From: an uncultured virus (IMG/VR IMGVR_UViG_3300012001_000012)
Taxonomy: Duplodnaviria; Heunggongvirae; Uroviricota; Caudoviricetes
Length of the DNA stretch: 64,000 nt
IMG/VR virus record: IMGVR_UViG_3300012001_000012
Strand: one strand, 5' to 3'
Notes under the pieces: generated by a model
Seen by the model: only the letters and a program-made list of their open reading frames with translations
Database searches by the model: none
Told to the model about the DNA's origin: nothing
Translations under genes and position numbers: made by a program
Shown here: piece after piece, positions 9,781-20,300 of the stretch
Layout: each line of letters begins with the position of its first letter
Position numbering within the stretch: the first letter of the stretch is position 1

Positions 9781-10080
9781 TCAGACCGACCAGTCTGCAC
9801 TCCGGTCCCGTGTCGGCACTGCGCGGTGCTCTTTCCGCCACTTCCACCAGTTCTTCCCGTACATCCACCCGTATCCGGCGGCTGAGAGGTAGAAGCCGTA
9901 CTGCATGGTGACGGTGGCGAAGATGACCCACAGCACCTGGGCGCAGAGCCCGATAAACCAGCCCCAGTGCGACTTCCGGCCCGCGATCTCCATTCCGATC
10001 AGGCCGATGACAGCCAGCCCGGTGGACCAGATGAACCCCGGCGCCGTGACGATGGCCAGGAACTGCCGTCCCGGGCTCAT
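9781..10080 (-). CDS. PnuC-like small membrane protein
   Basis: Start reassigned to ATG 10080 (ATGA overlap); three hydrophobic helices with GRKSHWGW..QYGF..WW pattern. Confidence 0.6.
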   Translation of the reverse strand: MSPGRQFLAIVTAPGFIWSTGLAVIGLIGMEIAGRKSHWGWFIGLCAQVLWVIFATVTMQYGFYLSAAGYGWMYGKNWWKWRKEHRAVPTRDRSADWSV

Positions 10081-10463
10081 GTGGCCAGCCCCAGGATGCG
10101 CCACAGGCCCTTGCCCAGGCCGTTGTCCCTGGTGCGGACCTGCCGTCCGGCCCCGGAGGCGCCGTACGCTGCCGGGACCGCCGCGTGCTGGGCGACTTCC
10201 GCCAGCTCCAGCCCCAGGTCGTGGGCGATGAAGGCGATCATGGCCCGGCGGCCGTACCCGGCCAGGGAAATGCCCCGGCGCGCACACGCCTCATCCAGCA
10301 GCACCCGCAGCTGGTCATCGAAGTACAGGTACATCCCGTTGGTGCGCTCCAGGTTCCGCTTGGATTTGCGCTGCCGCGCCGTCACCCGGGCGATCGCGCG
10401 CTCCTGCCAGCCGGGGACCGAGGGGTCCGCGAAGCCCTGCAGGTCAGGTCTGGGGTTCGCCAT
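10077..10463 (-). CDS. Putative ribbon-helix-helix DNA-binding protein
   Basis: MYLYFDDQLRVLLDEACARRGISLAGYGRRA fits an RHH pattern. Confidence 0.5.
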   Translation of the reverse strand: MANPRPDLQGFADPSVPGWQERAIARVTARQRKSKRNLERTNGMYLYFDDQLRVLLDEACARRGISLAGYGRRAMIAFIAHDLGLELAEVAQHAAVPAAYGASGAGRQVRTRDNGLGKGLWRILGLAT

Positions 10464-10899
10464 CGTCTTCTTCCTCCACTATGTTGATATGTGGGCAGGT
10501 GCCGCCGTTGCGCCAGCTCCCCAGGTTGCAGTTGAAGCATAGGCAAGTGCAGTCGTCCGGCCAGCCCTCAGCCTTCAGTCGGCGCAGCTCGGTGTGCGTT
10601 TGGACCCGAGGCTTGCCCTGCATTCCGCCAATATGTTCCAACGAGAGAAAAGCCGGGCTAGCCTCTCCGCAGCAAGAGCACTTCCCTCCGTAAGCCTTGA
10701 TCATTTCGAGATGGACACGCTTGCGGCGCCTCACTGCCGACTCGCGCATAATCTGCTTATGCCGCTCCGGATTCGCTGCGATCCATTTAAGCCGTGACTC
10801 ACGCACCTTCTCCTGATTATTCTCGGCATACCTCCGCTGCTTTGCAGCGTTCCTCTCGGGGTACCTAGATGCCCACTCTTTATCAGCCATGGAGGACAT
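10444..10899 (-). CDS. HNH endonuclease
   Basis: CSCCG..LSLEHI..LCFNCN; lower GC than flanks; start reassigned to ATG 10899 after RBS AAGGAG. Confidence 0.8.
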   Translation of the reverse strand: MSSMADKEWASRYPERNAAKQRRYAENNQEKVRESRLKWIAANPERHKQIMRESAVRRRKRVHLEMIKAYGGKCSCCGEASPAFLSLEHIGGMQGKPRVQTHTELRRLKAEGWPDDCTCLCFNCNLGSWRNGGTCPHINIVEEEDDGEPQT

Positions 10900-11431
10900 C
10901 GTCTCCTTCTTCAAGCACATCCGCGTCCATGATGTCCGCCTCGATCTGTTCCTGGTCCGCACGGGCGTGCGGCAGGATCGCGTTGATGTATTCCTCGATG
11001 TACTGGTCGTTGGCGGTGACCATGATCTGGGTGGGGGCGTCCACGCCGTGCAGCCGCGCCTGCCGGTCGATGATGGCCAGCGCGCGGGCGTTGTAGGCCA
11101 GGTGCTGCGGGTCGTTCGGGTTCACGGCCTTACTCATCACGGAGGCCTGGAGCCGGTCCAGCCGCCGGGAGATCAGCACCCGCATCTTGTCCCGGTCCTC
11201 GATGGAGTCCGAGGCGGTGGCCAGGACGCGCTCGACCGCCATCCGCGCCCGGTAGGCGGAGGAGTAGTGCAGGGTGTTTTTGATCTCGGTGTAGGAGGCG
11301 CCGTAGAGCTTGAGGGTCAGCGCCGCCTGGGCCTTGGTCTCGGACTTGTCCACGTCGTTGGTCGCCACGTGGGCGTCCGGGTCCGCCAGGGCGATGGCCT
11401 TGTTGATGTCCTCCTCCATGGGCCCGGTCAC
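10883..11431 (-). CDS. HTH protein, probable terminase small subunit
   Basis: ALTLKLYGASYTEIKNTL HTH-like segment, IIDRQARLHGVDAP; upstream of terL; GTGA overlap start. Confidence 0.6.
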   Translation of the reverse strand: MTGPMEEDINKAIALADPDAHVATNDVDKSETKAQAALTLKLYGASYTEIKNTLHYSSAYRARMAVERVLATASDSIEDRDKMRVLISRRLDRLQASVMSKAVNPNDPQHLAYNARALAIIDRQARLHGVDAPTQIMVTANDQYIEEYINAILPHARADQEQIEADIMDADVLEEGDDVLHG

Positions 11432-12015
11432 AGGTTCGCCGTCCTGACGTTGTCGTAGTCCTCGGAGAGCTGGGCGAAGCACTGGTCCCGCGCATCCTCA
11501 TCGTCCTTGAACTCGATCACGACCTGGAACAGGCCCAGGGCCCCGGCATCCCCGTGCCCGAACCCGGCCATGTCGGGATCCTCGTGGGCGGTGGCGATCT
11601 CGGCGAGCAGCCGCTCGTACCCGGACTGGTCAAAGCCGGTGCCGGCCAGGGCGGTCTCGGTCTCGGCGAGGGTGCCGAGCAGTTCGGCCAGCGCCGCGTT
11701 GTCCATCACCGCCAGCCGGGAGGTCTGATTGTCCGCGACCATGTAGCGGATGGCGCCGGCCTCGTCCCAGTGGTCCACCCACAGCACCGGGATCTCGGTG
11801 GCGCCCAGGGCGTGCAGGGCCTGGTAGCGGTGGTTGCCGGCGATGATGTTCCCGGTCTTCGCGTCCGCCGTGATGGCGGTGACGAACCCGTTGATCTGGA
11901 TGGACTCGACCAGCGCGTCCAGGTCCGCATTATTGGCATTTTGCAAATGTTGATGCACTTGGTCCATAGGGACGAGTAGTTGCTTGACGCCTTCAGCGAA
12001 TCTGACAGCCCTCAT
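11428..12015 (-). CDS. ParB/sulfiredoxin N-terminal domain protein
   Basis: ESIQINGF..IIAGNHRYQAL..YMVADN; no C-terminal HTH seen. Confidence 0.8.
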   Translation of the reverse strand: MRAVRFAEGVKQLLVPMDQVHQHLQNANNADLDALVESIQINGFVTAITADAKTGNIIAGNHRYQALHALGATEIPVLWVDHWDEAGAIRYMVADNQTSRLAVMDNAALAELLGTLAETETALAGTGFDQSGYERLLAEIATAHEDPDMAGFGHGDAGALGLFQVVIEFKDDEDARDQCFAQLSEDYDNVRTANL

Positions 12016-12497
12016 GATGCAAGCCTTTCTTTTTGGCGCTTGCGGTAGTCCCGCGTCCGCTGGTTCACGCAGGTTAGGCAGCGGACGCGGCCTGACCTCT
12101 TATCTGGTCGCGTCTGATTATCGGGATCCCTCACATCATGCCCCTTGATGCAGTGTGTAATAGGGTCATAACCCCGGCCGTCACGCAGGTTGTCCCCGCG
12201 GGTCGCAGCGCGCAAATGTTCTGGGTTGCAGCAAGCCCGATGTACGCAGTCCTCCCCGCCCGGACAGGACTTGTCCTCGTTATGGCAGGCATGGTCGACG
12301 TCGTATCCAGCTGGGATCTCACCCACACATTCCCGATAGGTATAGCGGTGGACGCCCTCGTTTCGGCGGCCCTTGCCGCTACCAGTTCCGAGCTTGTAGA
12401 TGACGCCATATCCAGCCTTGTCGATGGCGCCGGTGAAAATCCAGCAACCATTTCTATTGATGGTGACGCGGTGTGCGATTCGCTTCGGAATGTCCAT
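12012..12497 (-). CDS. HNH endonuclease
   Basis: CWIFTG..GYG..HRYTY..VDHAC..CCNPEHL..N; C-terminal HCIKGH..CLTC. Confidence 0.9.
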   Translation of the reverse strand: MDIPKRIAHRVTINRNGCWIFTGAIDKAGYGVIYKLGTGSGKGRRNEGVHRYTYRECVGEIPAGYDVDHACHNEDKSCPGGEDCVHRACCNPEHLRAATRGDNLRDGRGYDPITHCIKGHDVRDPDNQTRPDKRSGRVRCLTCVNQRTRDYRKRQKERLAS

Positions 12498-12543
12498 GAC
12501 CTGAGCGTAGCATCCATTAGATGCCTAACAACGCTCACGGCCC

Positions 12544-12702
12544 TCACGCGGCCAGCCCCTTGGCCAGTTCCCGGTCCACCATGATCCGCAGGAAGCGGGT
12601 GACCGAGCCGTACTTGGCGATGATGGCGGCCTCCTCGGTGGGGGTGAGCCGGACGGAGCCGATCTTGGACTTGGCGGATGCCCCCAGTGCGGCCCTACCC
12701 AT
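12544..12702 (-). CDS. Small putative DNA-binding protein (52 aa, RHH-like)
   Basis: Read manually: MGRAALGASAKSKIGSVRLTPTEEAAII...RFLRIMVDRELAKGLAA. Confidence 0.6.
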   Translation of the reverse strand: MGRAALGASAKSKIGSVRLTPTEEAAIIAKYGSVTRFLRIMVDRELAKGLAA

Positions 12703-13060
12703 TGCGCATCGCGTCCTTCAGCGCAGCCAGCTCATCCTCGATGGGTGCGGCGCGGTACTTGGCGGTGAAGACGGAATCCTTGCAGGGGTAGAACCCGAGA
12801 GCGTCCTGGATGATCCACTCCCCGACTTCCAGATCCAGCCAGGCATCATTGGCCGCGACGTACAGGCGGGCCGGTCGGGCGTGCTCGCGGATGATGGGCT
12901 CCGCGGGAATGGGGCCGTAAAGGAACTCGGCGGTGATCCAGTCCCACAGGTCCTGGATGTTCCCTCCGGTCCACTGCATCGCGGTGATACGGGTGGGAAT
13001 GGAGATGTAGGTAGTGGGGCAAGTGGCCGGTGTTGTCAAATCAGGTACAGTTTCAGGCAT
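12695..13060 (-). CDS. Conserved phage protein (AMQWTG...GEWII...FYPCK type)
   Basis: Motif pattern shared with 13195..13593. Confidence 0.7.
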   Translation of the reverse strand: MPETVPDLTTPATCPTTYISIPTRITAMQWTGGNIQDLWDWITAEFLYGPIPAEPIIREHARPARLYVAANDAWLDLEVGEWIIQDALGFYPCKDSVFTAKYRAAPIEDELAALKDAMRNG

Positions 13061-13194
13061 TTCAGGTAGTCCTCTGGCTGGTTTTTCTGTAAACAGTCTG
13101 TCAGGCTGGTGGTGGAAGTTACGCGGGATGCGCTGTTCAACCCCCTCGGGGGATCAGAGATCCGGTGGCGTCCAGGTGGTAGCCGCCCTCCGGG

Positions 13195-13593
13195 TCACCC
13201 CGGGGACAACGTGCGTCGGTGGGTGTGGTGGAAGCTTTCCTCGGACAGGGGGTAGAAGCCGGACCGTCCCTTGACGATATAGTCCCCGGGGAACACCAGG
13301 GCGAAGGCGTTCATCCCCGTTTTGACCACCAGCTCCTTGGGTCCGGGGCCGCCGACGTGGCCGTTCGGGTTCCGGGTGGCGCCGGGCAGGTAGATATGCC
13401 CGTGCGCCGGGTGCCAGTAGGTCCCGTAGTCGTGGCGCCAGAGCAGGTCCTCGGCGGCGAAGATGATACCCCCGTTATCCCGGAGATAGAGCGCGCAGTC
13501 GACCGCAGAGAGCCCGGTCCCCAGATACTGGATGGCTTCAACCTTGACCATGCGCTTGCGGTAGACCTTTGGCACGCTGAGACCGACGCTCAT
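13195..13593 (-). CDS. Conserved phage protein (EAIQY...GDYIVKG..FYP type)
   Basis: Probable paralog of 12695..13060. Confidence 0.7.
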   Translation of the reverse strand: MSVGLSVPKVYRKRMVKVEAIQYLGTGLSAVDCALYLRDNGGIIFAAEDLLWRHDYGTYWHPAHGHIYLPGATRNPNGHVGGPGPKELVVKTGMNAFALVFPGDYIVKGRSGFYPLSEESFHHTHRRTLSPG

Positions 13594-15902
13594 GCCCCCA
13601 ACTTTCTCTCATGGATGGCCCGCACCAGCGCGGGTCCCTGCTCATTCTCCGGCAGCGCCGCGATATGGGCGGGTATTTCGAGGATCGGGTCGAGGTATTG
13701 CCGGTAGGAGGTGCCCGGCATGGAGGGATGCGTGTATGGGGAGGGTGGGTAGATCCCGCTCATCGAAGTGCCTTACGTGCGCGCCGGTAGAGGATTGGAT
13801 CGAAGACCGGCGAGAGGGTCTGCCACCAGTCGGTGCCGGGGCCAGCGAGCCGGGAGTGGATTCCGACCTGGCGCCGGAGCATCAGCTTCCCGTGGACGCA
13901 GCGCTTGACGTCCCCGGGGGTGCCCAGCCAGGTCATCGGCCCGGAGTGGTCAAGGCGCTGGCAGTCGGAGTGCGAGGGGCGCGTGATGTTCTGGATCAGA
14001 ACCACCCCGTTGCGTGGCCGGTGATGTAGATGCCGTTGGCGGCGAGGACCATCAGCAGGAACAGGTTCCAGCGCACCTGGGACTTCATCCGGTCCCGGAG
14101 CCCCTGGTGCTCCAGCTGGAGGATGTACAGCCGGGCGGCGGTGCTGTCAGGCGCGGGCAGCGCCGGGAAGCCGATCTCTGTGACCTTCTCAGCCTCGGCG
14201 GTGGTCCGGGGTCCCCAGATTTCTCCATTCACAGTCAGCGCCGTCAGCCCGGGCTTGTCCACCTGGGGGTAGTAGTCCTTCTCCTCCATCGGGAAGATCC
14301 CCGGGGCGTTGCCACGGAGAGCCGCCGGCCGGGCGTATATGGCATCGCTGAGATTGCCTTCGACGTAGGCGTGGGGCACGGAAGGGAACTGCGTCTGGTA
14401 GTCGGAGGCGGCGAAGGAGGGGGCGGTGTATGCCGGGGACCGGTCCCACTGGGCGAGGTAGGCGCAGGTGCAGCGCGCAGACCTGGCGAAGGAGCAGCCC
14501 TTCCGGTGGACGGTTCCCCCAAGCACCAGCGGCTTCTTCTCCCGGTTGCGGATCCAGCCATGCTCAAGGAGCTTGGTCCGGCGGTAGCCGACCTGGGCGG
14601 GGCTCATCTGCAGGGTGCGGCCGTCGGGGCTGTCCCAGACTTCCGCGCCGGGGCCAAAGTATTCGGTGGAGCACTCGTCGTCGCGGCTCATGCCTGGTCC
14701 TTCCTGGAGAGGGTGCAGCCTTTGGTATGGGTGGTCGTCATCAGGAACCGCACCTTTCACAGGGGAGATCATCCAGGACGGAACAGACCACACACTCGTG
14801 CTCCAGCGGCGGGCGTTCGTCGTAAGGGAGGCCGGTGAGGTCAGCCCCGCACAGCGCAACGTCCTCAGCGCAGTCGCAGCACACGTGGGTGAGGGAATCA
14901 TCCCCGTCATCCAGGGCCACGACCGCCGGCGCCGGGTCTTTCAGGCGGCTCACAGGTGGCGTCCCTTCCGGAGGTTCTCCGATGCAGCGTCCCCGTCGGA
15001 CTGGACCTGCCGGCGGTAGTGGATCCCCGTGATGAGGGCGGAGATATAGATGGCCAGCGCGAGGCAGGAGACCAGCAGGGCGATCAGGGGGAGCAGGTTC
15101 AAGGGTTCCTCCGGTGGTGGGTGAGGGTGTAGTGGGAGAGTAGGGCGGAGGCGACCGGGAACATCACCGTGATGGTGGCTGCTGCACTGGCGGCGGCCAG
15201 GAACAGCGCCGCGAGGATCGAGAGCGGGACCAGGTCCAGGAGTTCCATCAGGCGCCGGCCTTCGTCAGGGTGCTCCGGCGCCAGGTGTCACGGTTCTGCG
15301 CGGTTGGGATCAGGTATAGCGCCGGGATGCCGGAGGCGATGGAGAATGCCTCGATGCTGATGCCACTGAAGTAAATCTCCACGGTGCGGCCGGGGGCGCA
15401 GGCCAGGTATGGAGGTTTCATCAGGACTCCCGGGAGACGTGGATGGTGCGGGTGATGTTGTAGGCCGCGGCGCCGAGGCCAAGGAGCAGGACCGGGAACA
15501 GGGTGTCGTCGTGCGTGCCGGCGGCCATGTTGATGCCCATCCGGATCATGACCAGCCCGGCGCCGGCCAGACCGGCGAGGGAGCCGAAGACGAACATGGC
15601 CAGGCGTGCGGTGCGCATCAGGACGTCGCCCCGCTGATGCGGCGGAGCCGGTGGATCAGGGAGGTGGGCTTGCCCGCGTCGTCGACCTCGGCGTTGATCA
15701 GCTGCCCGGCCGCGGTGCAGAGACCCACCGCCAGGGCCTGGGCCTGCTCGGGGGTCATGCAGTAGGCCGGCTTCTCCACCCCGTCCACAAAGGGAGTGAG
15801 ACAGACCGAATCCGCCACCACCACACTCTGGAACCCGTCGACGGTTGGCACAATCTCCCCTGCCATCACGGTGGATATGCCCAACTGGATCGTGCCGCTC
15901 AT
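13590..15902 (-). other. Leftward operon of small hypothetical and membrane genes (about 13590-13763, 13760-14005, 13996-14691, 14741-14953, two short hydrophobic ORFs 14950-15248, 15248-15421, 15421-15618, 15618-15902)
   Basis: Mostly coupled stop/start overlaps; several are single-TM hydrophobic peptides. Confidence 0.7.
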
Positions 15903-15950
15903 GTAGTACCTCTTCCTGGCCGCCAGGCCGGACGCATTTTTCCGGGAACC

Positions 15951-16225
15951 TGTTTACGTTTATTATGCAGGCACCGGGAGCCCCTGACGCGCTACGGACA
16001 CGGCGCGTCAGGGCCAATCCGGGGGGCGCCGACGCTTTTGCCGGCCCCGCAGGGGCCGGGAGCACCCGTGAACCGAAGGATCTTCGACGAAGGCGGGTCT
16101 CCACCCGGGGTCTGGGGGCACTTTTGGCACAAAACCCCCAAAAATCCCGAACAAAATTCGGGAACGGGGCCGATCTGCCGAATATGTGGATGCTCAGGGC
16201 CGTGTGTTTACGTTTATTCTGCAGG
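15951..16225 (-). repeat. 21-bp direct repeat TGTTTACGTTTATT(A/C)TGCAGG, two copies
   Basis: 15951-15971 and 16205-16225, one mismatch, in the non-coding divergent region. Confidence 0.8.
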
Positions 16226-16352
16226 AAAAGATCCATCTGCGGGACTGGGCAGCGTTAACACGCGCGCGCCCGTCCCTCGTTGCTGAGGGTGGGGGGGGTC
16301 GGTACCCCGACACCCCGTAGCGGCCCGGCATGGCATGGCATGGCCTGCCGAC

Positions 16353-16381
16353 TTGACTCTCAACTGCCCATGCCGTAGTGT
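16353..16381 (+). promoter_or_regulatory. SigA-type early promoter
   Basis: TTGACT-N17-TAGTGT. Confidence 0.75.
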
Positions 16382-16434
16382 CTTACCTATCGAACCGGCC
16401 CGGTTTGATCCGATATCCACGGAAGGTCCACACC

Positions 16435-17100
16435 ATGTCTACTGCCACCCTTGCCCCCGTCGCTCCCGCTCCCGCTGCCACCGTGGCCGATGATATGACC
16501 GTCAGGACGTCCGCGCTCCGCGACGCATGGTCCGGTGCCACCGATGCAGAGTCCGCCGCCACCGCCGCTCTCGTCGCCGCGCTGGCCGACCGTGGATCCT
16601 ACCGGGTGGTCAAGGCCCGTATTGCCTACATGGCAGGGGCGCTGGGATCCAAGACCACCGCGCCGAACTGTGCCGGGGCCGTCCGCGTGCTGGACGTTGC
16701 CAAGACCACGCTGCACCCGTACTGGAAAACCGGCGAACTGCTGGCCGCTGCCGGGTTCGCCGAGCGGATCACCCCCCCCACGGCGGAAGAAATTGCCCTT
16801 GCTGCCAGCGTGTTTGATGAGGTCAACGAGCGCAACGCGGCCACCAAGGGGAACGCGTCCAAGTCCCCGGCCGAGACTGACGGGGACGCCCCCAAGGGTG
16901 TCGGGGAACCGACCCCCGTTGTCCGGGCCGACGCCACGCAGGCCGACGTAATCGCGGCCATTGCAGAGCTTCAGGCCACCCTTGCCAGCTACACCCGGGA
17001 ACAGGGTTTTGCCCGGGTGGTCACTGACAACATGGTCGACGCCCTGACCGAGATCATCGCCACGATGGAGACGTTCACGGTCGACGGCGGGGACGCCTAA
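16435..17100 (+). CDS. First rightward gene; possible HTH regulator
   Basis: ATG 16435 after GGAAGG; CAGAVRVLDVAKTTLHPYW resembles an HTH. Confidence 0.6.
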   Translation: MSTATLAPVAPAPAATVADDMTVRTSALRDAWSGATDAESAATAALVAALADRGSYRVVKARIAYMAGALGSKTTAPNCAGAVRVLDVAKTTLHPYWKTGELLAAAGFAERITPPTAEEIALAASVFDEVNERNAATKGNASKSPAETDGDAPKGVGEPTPVVRADATQADVIAAIAELQATLASYTREQGFARVVTDNMVDALTEIIATMETFTVDGGDA

Positions 17101-17114
17101 GCCAAGTCTGGTCC

Positions 17115-17142
17115 GGACCTAGGGGGGAGACTCCCTAGGTCC
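17115..17142 (+). terminator. Putative intrinsic terminator
   Basis: GGACCTAGGG...CCCTAGGTCC stem followed by a pyrimidine tract. Confidence 0.55.
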
Positions 17143-17336
17143 CTTCCCCTTGCGTGTCTGTCCTTCCCCTTCCCCCTTATGTCTCTTACTCTCCCTATGC
17201 CGTGACGGGGGCCCGGGGCGCTGGCCCACGTCTGCCGGCCGGCATCCCCTGGGGAACTCTCACGGCAGAGCCCTGCCCTCACCGCTCACCGCACCCCCAC
17301 ACTCACCGCTCACCGCTCACTGAAAGGTTGCCCGCC

Positions 17337-20300
17337 ATGGGACGCCACTCCATCCCCTCACCCGATACCCGCTTACTCCTCACCATGCGCCTGTACTCCA
17401 CCCCCATCTGGCGCTGGCCCTACTGGTCACGGACAAACAAGGCGCTGGCGCTGGCCACCTCCCGTGCCATGGGGCGTGCGCTGTGAGCCGCATCGAACGC
17501 GCCGGTAACCTGCTCATCGAATACCCGGACCGGGTCGGGACCCCGACACCCCCGCCGCATACGGCATGGGGCACCCCTGTCGCGGACATCGACCGCAACG
17601 AGTACTGCATCAGCTGCGAACGGGACAACCGGGAAGGGCGCTACGCCAACTGCTCACTGACTGTCACCCATACCGGGCACCTCGGGCACTACTCACTGTT
17701 CGGCACCTACTGGTGCGATACGTGTTCAAGTCCATATTGTGACCTTGCATGACACCGATGGAACGGGCGTGGCACTACGCGCCGTTCCTGAATCTTGTAG
17801 CGACACTGAAGGGGTCGGGTAACCGACCCTCCACCACCGATAAGGACACCGCCATGCTCACCGAATACATCGTCTACGACTGCGCGACCTGCGCCGAACC
17901 CAAGCACCGGCACCAGCGCACCCATGACTGGATCCATCTGCGCGGGGACTCCCTCTGCGATGACGCCTCAGCACCCGTAGAGGTCCGCCGCCTCTTCCCC
18001 GTGAGTGTGCCGGCATGAACCGGGCGCTGGCCGTGCCTGCCCTCGCGCTCGCCGTCCTCACCGGAGGACTCTGCCTGGCCGCCCTGCCCACCTATGGAGG
18101 GGTCGGGACACCGACCCCCTCCGCCTCATCGATCCTGCCGCCGGCGCTCACCATCCCCTGCCGGGAGGACGAGCCCTGCTTCAACTGCGAGACGATGGGA
18201 AACTTCATCTGCGGCGGGTCCGAGATGGACCCGCTCGCCGAGGACATGGCCTCACGGGCCTGGACCGCATGGGATACCCAGCACGGGGCGCGGCAGCTGC
18301 GGGTGGACGGGACCCGGAAGTTCCGGGTGGAGTTCATCGGCTACGCCGTCCGCCAGCCACGGCTGGGCCCGGGGCAGCTGGCACTCCAGGACGGGGGCGC
18401 CTACTACGTGTTCGCCGCCCGCTACCTTGACTGACTGGACACCGACTGGATGCCGACTTGACATTCAACTGGATCTCTGGTAGGATGGTACTTATTCGGC
18501 CCGGTGTGTCCCCCCCCACCGCCGGGCCGGATAACCCAAGCCTCATCATGGGGGGTCGGGACACCGACCCTCCCGCGTTCCTTTCATCCCCCATAAGCGG
18601 GGTGTACGTAACCCCCCAGCAAAGACACCCTAAATGGGGGTCGGGACACCGACCCTCCACCCCCTGAAAGCGAGCACAGAATGAGCGCTACTATCCATAA
18701 GCTCAAGCGGTCCGCCGGTGTTGCCGGACAGTTTGCCTACGACGTATCCGGCGAACGGGATGGGGAGCCATTCACCCTCGGCTTCGTCTCCTCCGTCTAC
18801 GGCGGGCCGATCGTTATGGTCCAGTCTTCCGGAGCGCAGGTCTTCGTCACCAGCCCTGAACGGTTCGGCCCGGTGCTCAACCCGGACTGGGTCCGCAAGT
18901 TCCTGAACGCCTAGCACCACCCCGATGGGGTCGGGACACCGACCCCCCACCGAAGGACACACACCATGAACGCCATGCTTTCGACCTACCCCGCCAACTC
19001 CATGCGCCGCCGGCACATCCTGTCCCGGGCCGCGATGCCGCTCTCCCTGTGGCAGGCCCTGCGGGAAGCGGAGATGGAACGCCGGCACCGGACCCTGGTC
19101 CAGCTCGAAGACCTGTACCGCAGCACCCCGTGGTACTGCGTCCGGCAGCGCCACTTCATCCGCCGCACCATCGCCACCCTGCTGCCATGACCGTGGCCTA
19201 CGTGGACGATGCGCTGGTCGGGGAGATCATCCTCACCGAGGCGCCGCCGAACCCCTACCCGTCCGGGTACGGGCCGAAGATCCCCACCCGCTACAAGATC
19301 CGCTACGGGGCCCGGATGCACCGTGTCTACGTCATGCTGTACTCCAACTCCGGGTCCTCCTACATCATCTCCGGCGGGGAGGACCTGTTCCTGGACACCA
19401 TCACCGAGTACCGGATCGAATGCGCCGTGGAGGGTCGGGACCCCGACCCCTCCATCCTCTCCATCCTCAAGGAGTTCTCCTCATGAACACCTACCTCTGC
19501 ACCTACATCGAGGGTGCGCAGATCGAAGTCAGCGCCGAGACCACCTACGCCGCCCAGCTGGCAGCCACCGGGCTGTTCCAGAAGCGGTACAAGCGCAGGA
19601 AGGTCCGGTCCTGGGAGATCGACGTCAGGCTGACGGCGCTGGCCGGGGAACCCGTGGTTCACAAGGCGGACTTCTAATGCCGTCCGCCACCCATGTCCAC
19701 GCCTCCGGGCTGTACGCCGATACCGAAACGACCGTGACGTGGAATGACGGGTCCACCGCGGTCCACGTCCGGGTGCGCTGCCTGCCGTTCCTGGTCTACT
19801 GGGTCCGGCCGGACGCGAAGCTCATCCGCAAGTGGGTCGATGCGCTGCTCGCCGGGTCCGGGATGTGCCGGGACGGGCCCCGGTTCGAGCGCGGGTTCGT
19901 CTCCGACGGCTGGTCCTACACCTACTACCTCCAGCGCACCACATGAGCGCGCTGGACACGGAGGTGGATCTGGTGCTGCTGATCGGGGCAGCCCACGTCC
20001 CGTCCTGCGAACACCCCGAGCACGGGAACCCGCAGCACACCACGCATTCGGACGGGAACGAGCACTACGTCCGCTTCATCACGGACTGCGGGCACATCCG
20101 GCCCATCATCAAGGTGGTCTGCGGGTCCTGGCTGGCCCTGGTCGTCGATGCCTGGTGCATTCCCTGCGACCGGCACTGGCCCAAGGATGAGGTCATCTTC
20201 GACCTCGGTCCCGTCAGCACCTACACCCCCTGATCCGGGGGTCGGGATACCGACCCCCCACCTGGAAGGACGCACCATGAGCATCGACGGCTACGAACCC

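Noticed and set aside
11428..12015. ParB-like gene as a parABS partition system with the parS at 5682
   Set aside because: Only the ParB N-terminal domain is evident, with no HTH and no parA in the window.
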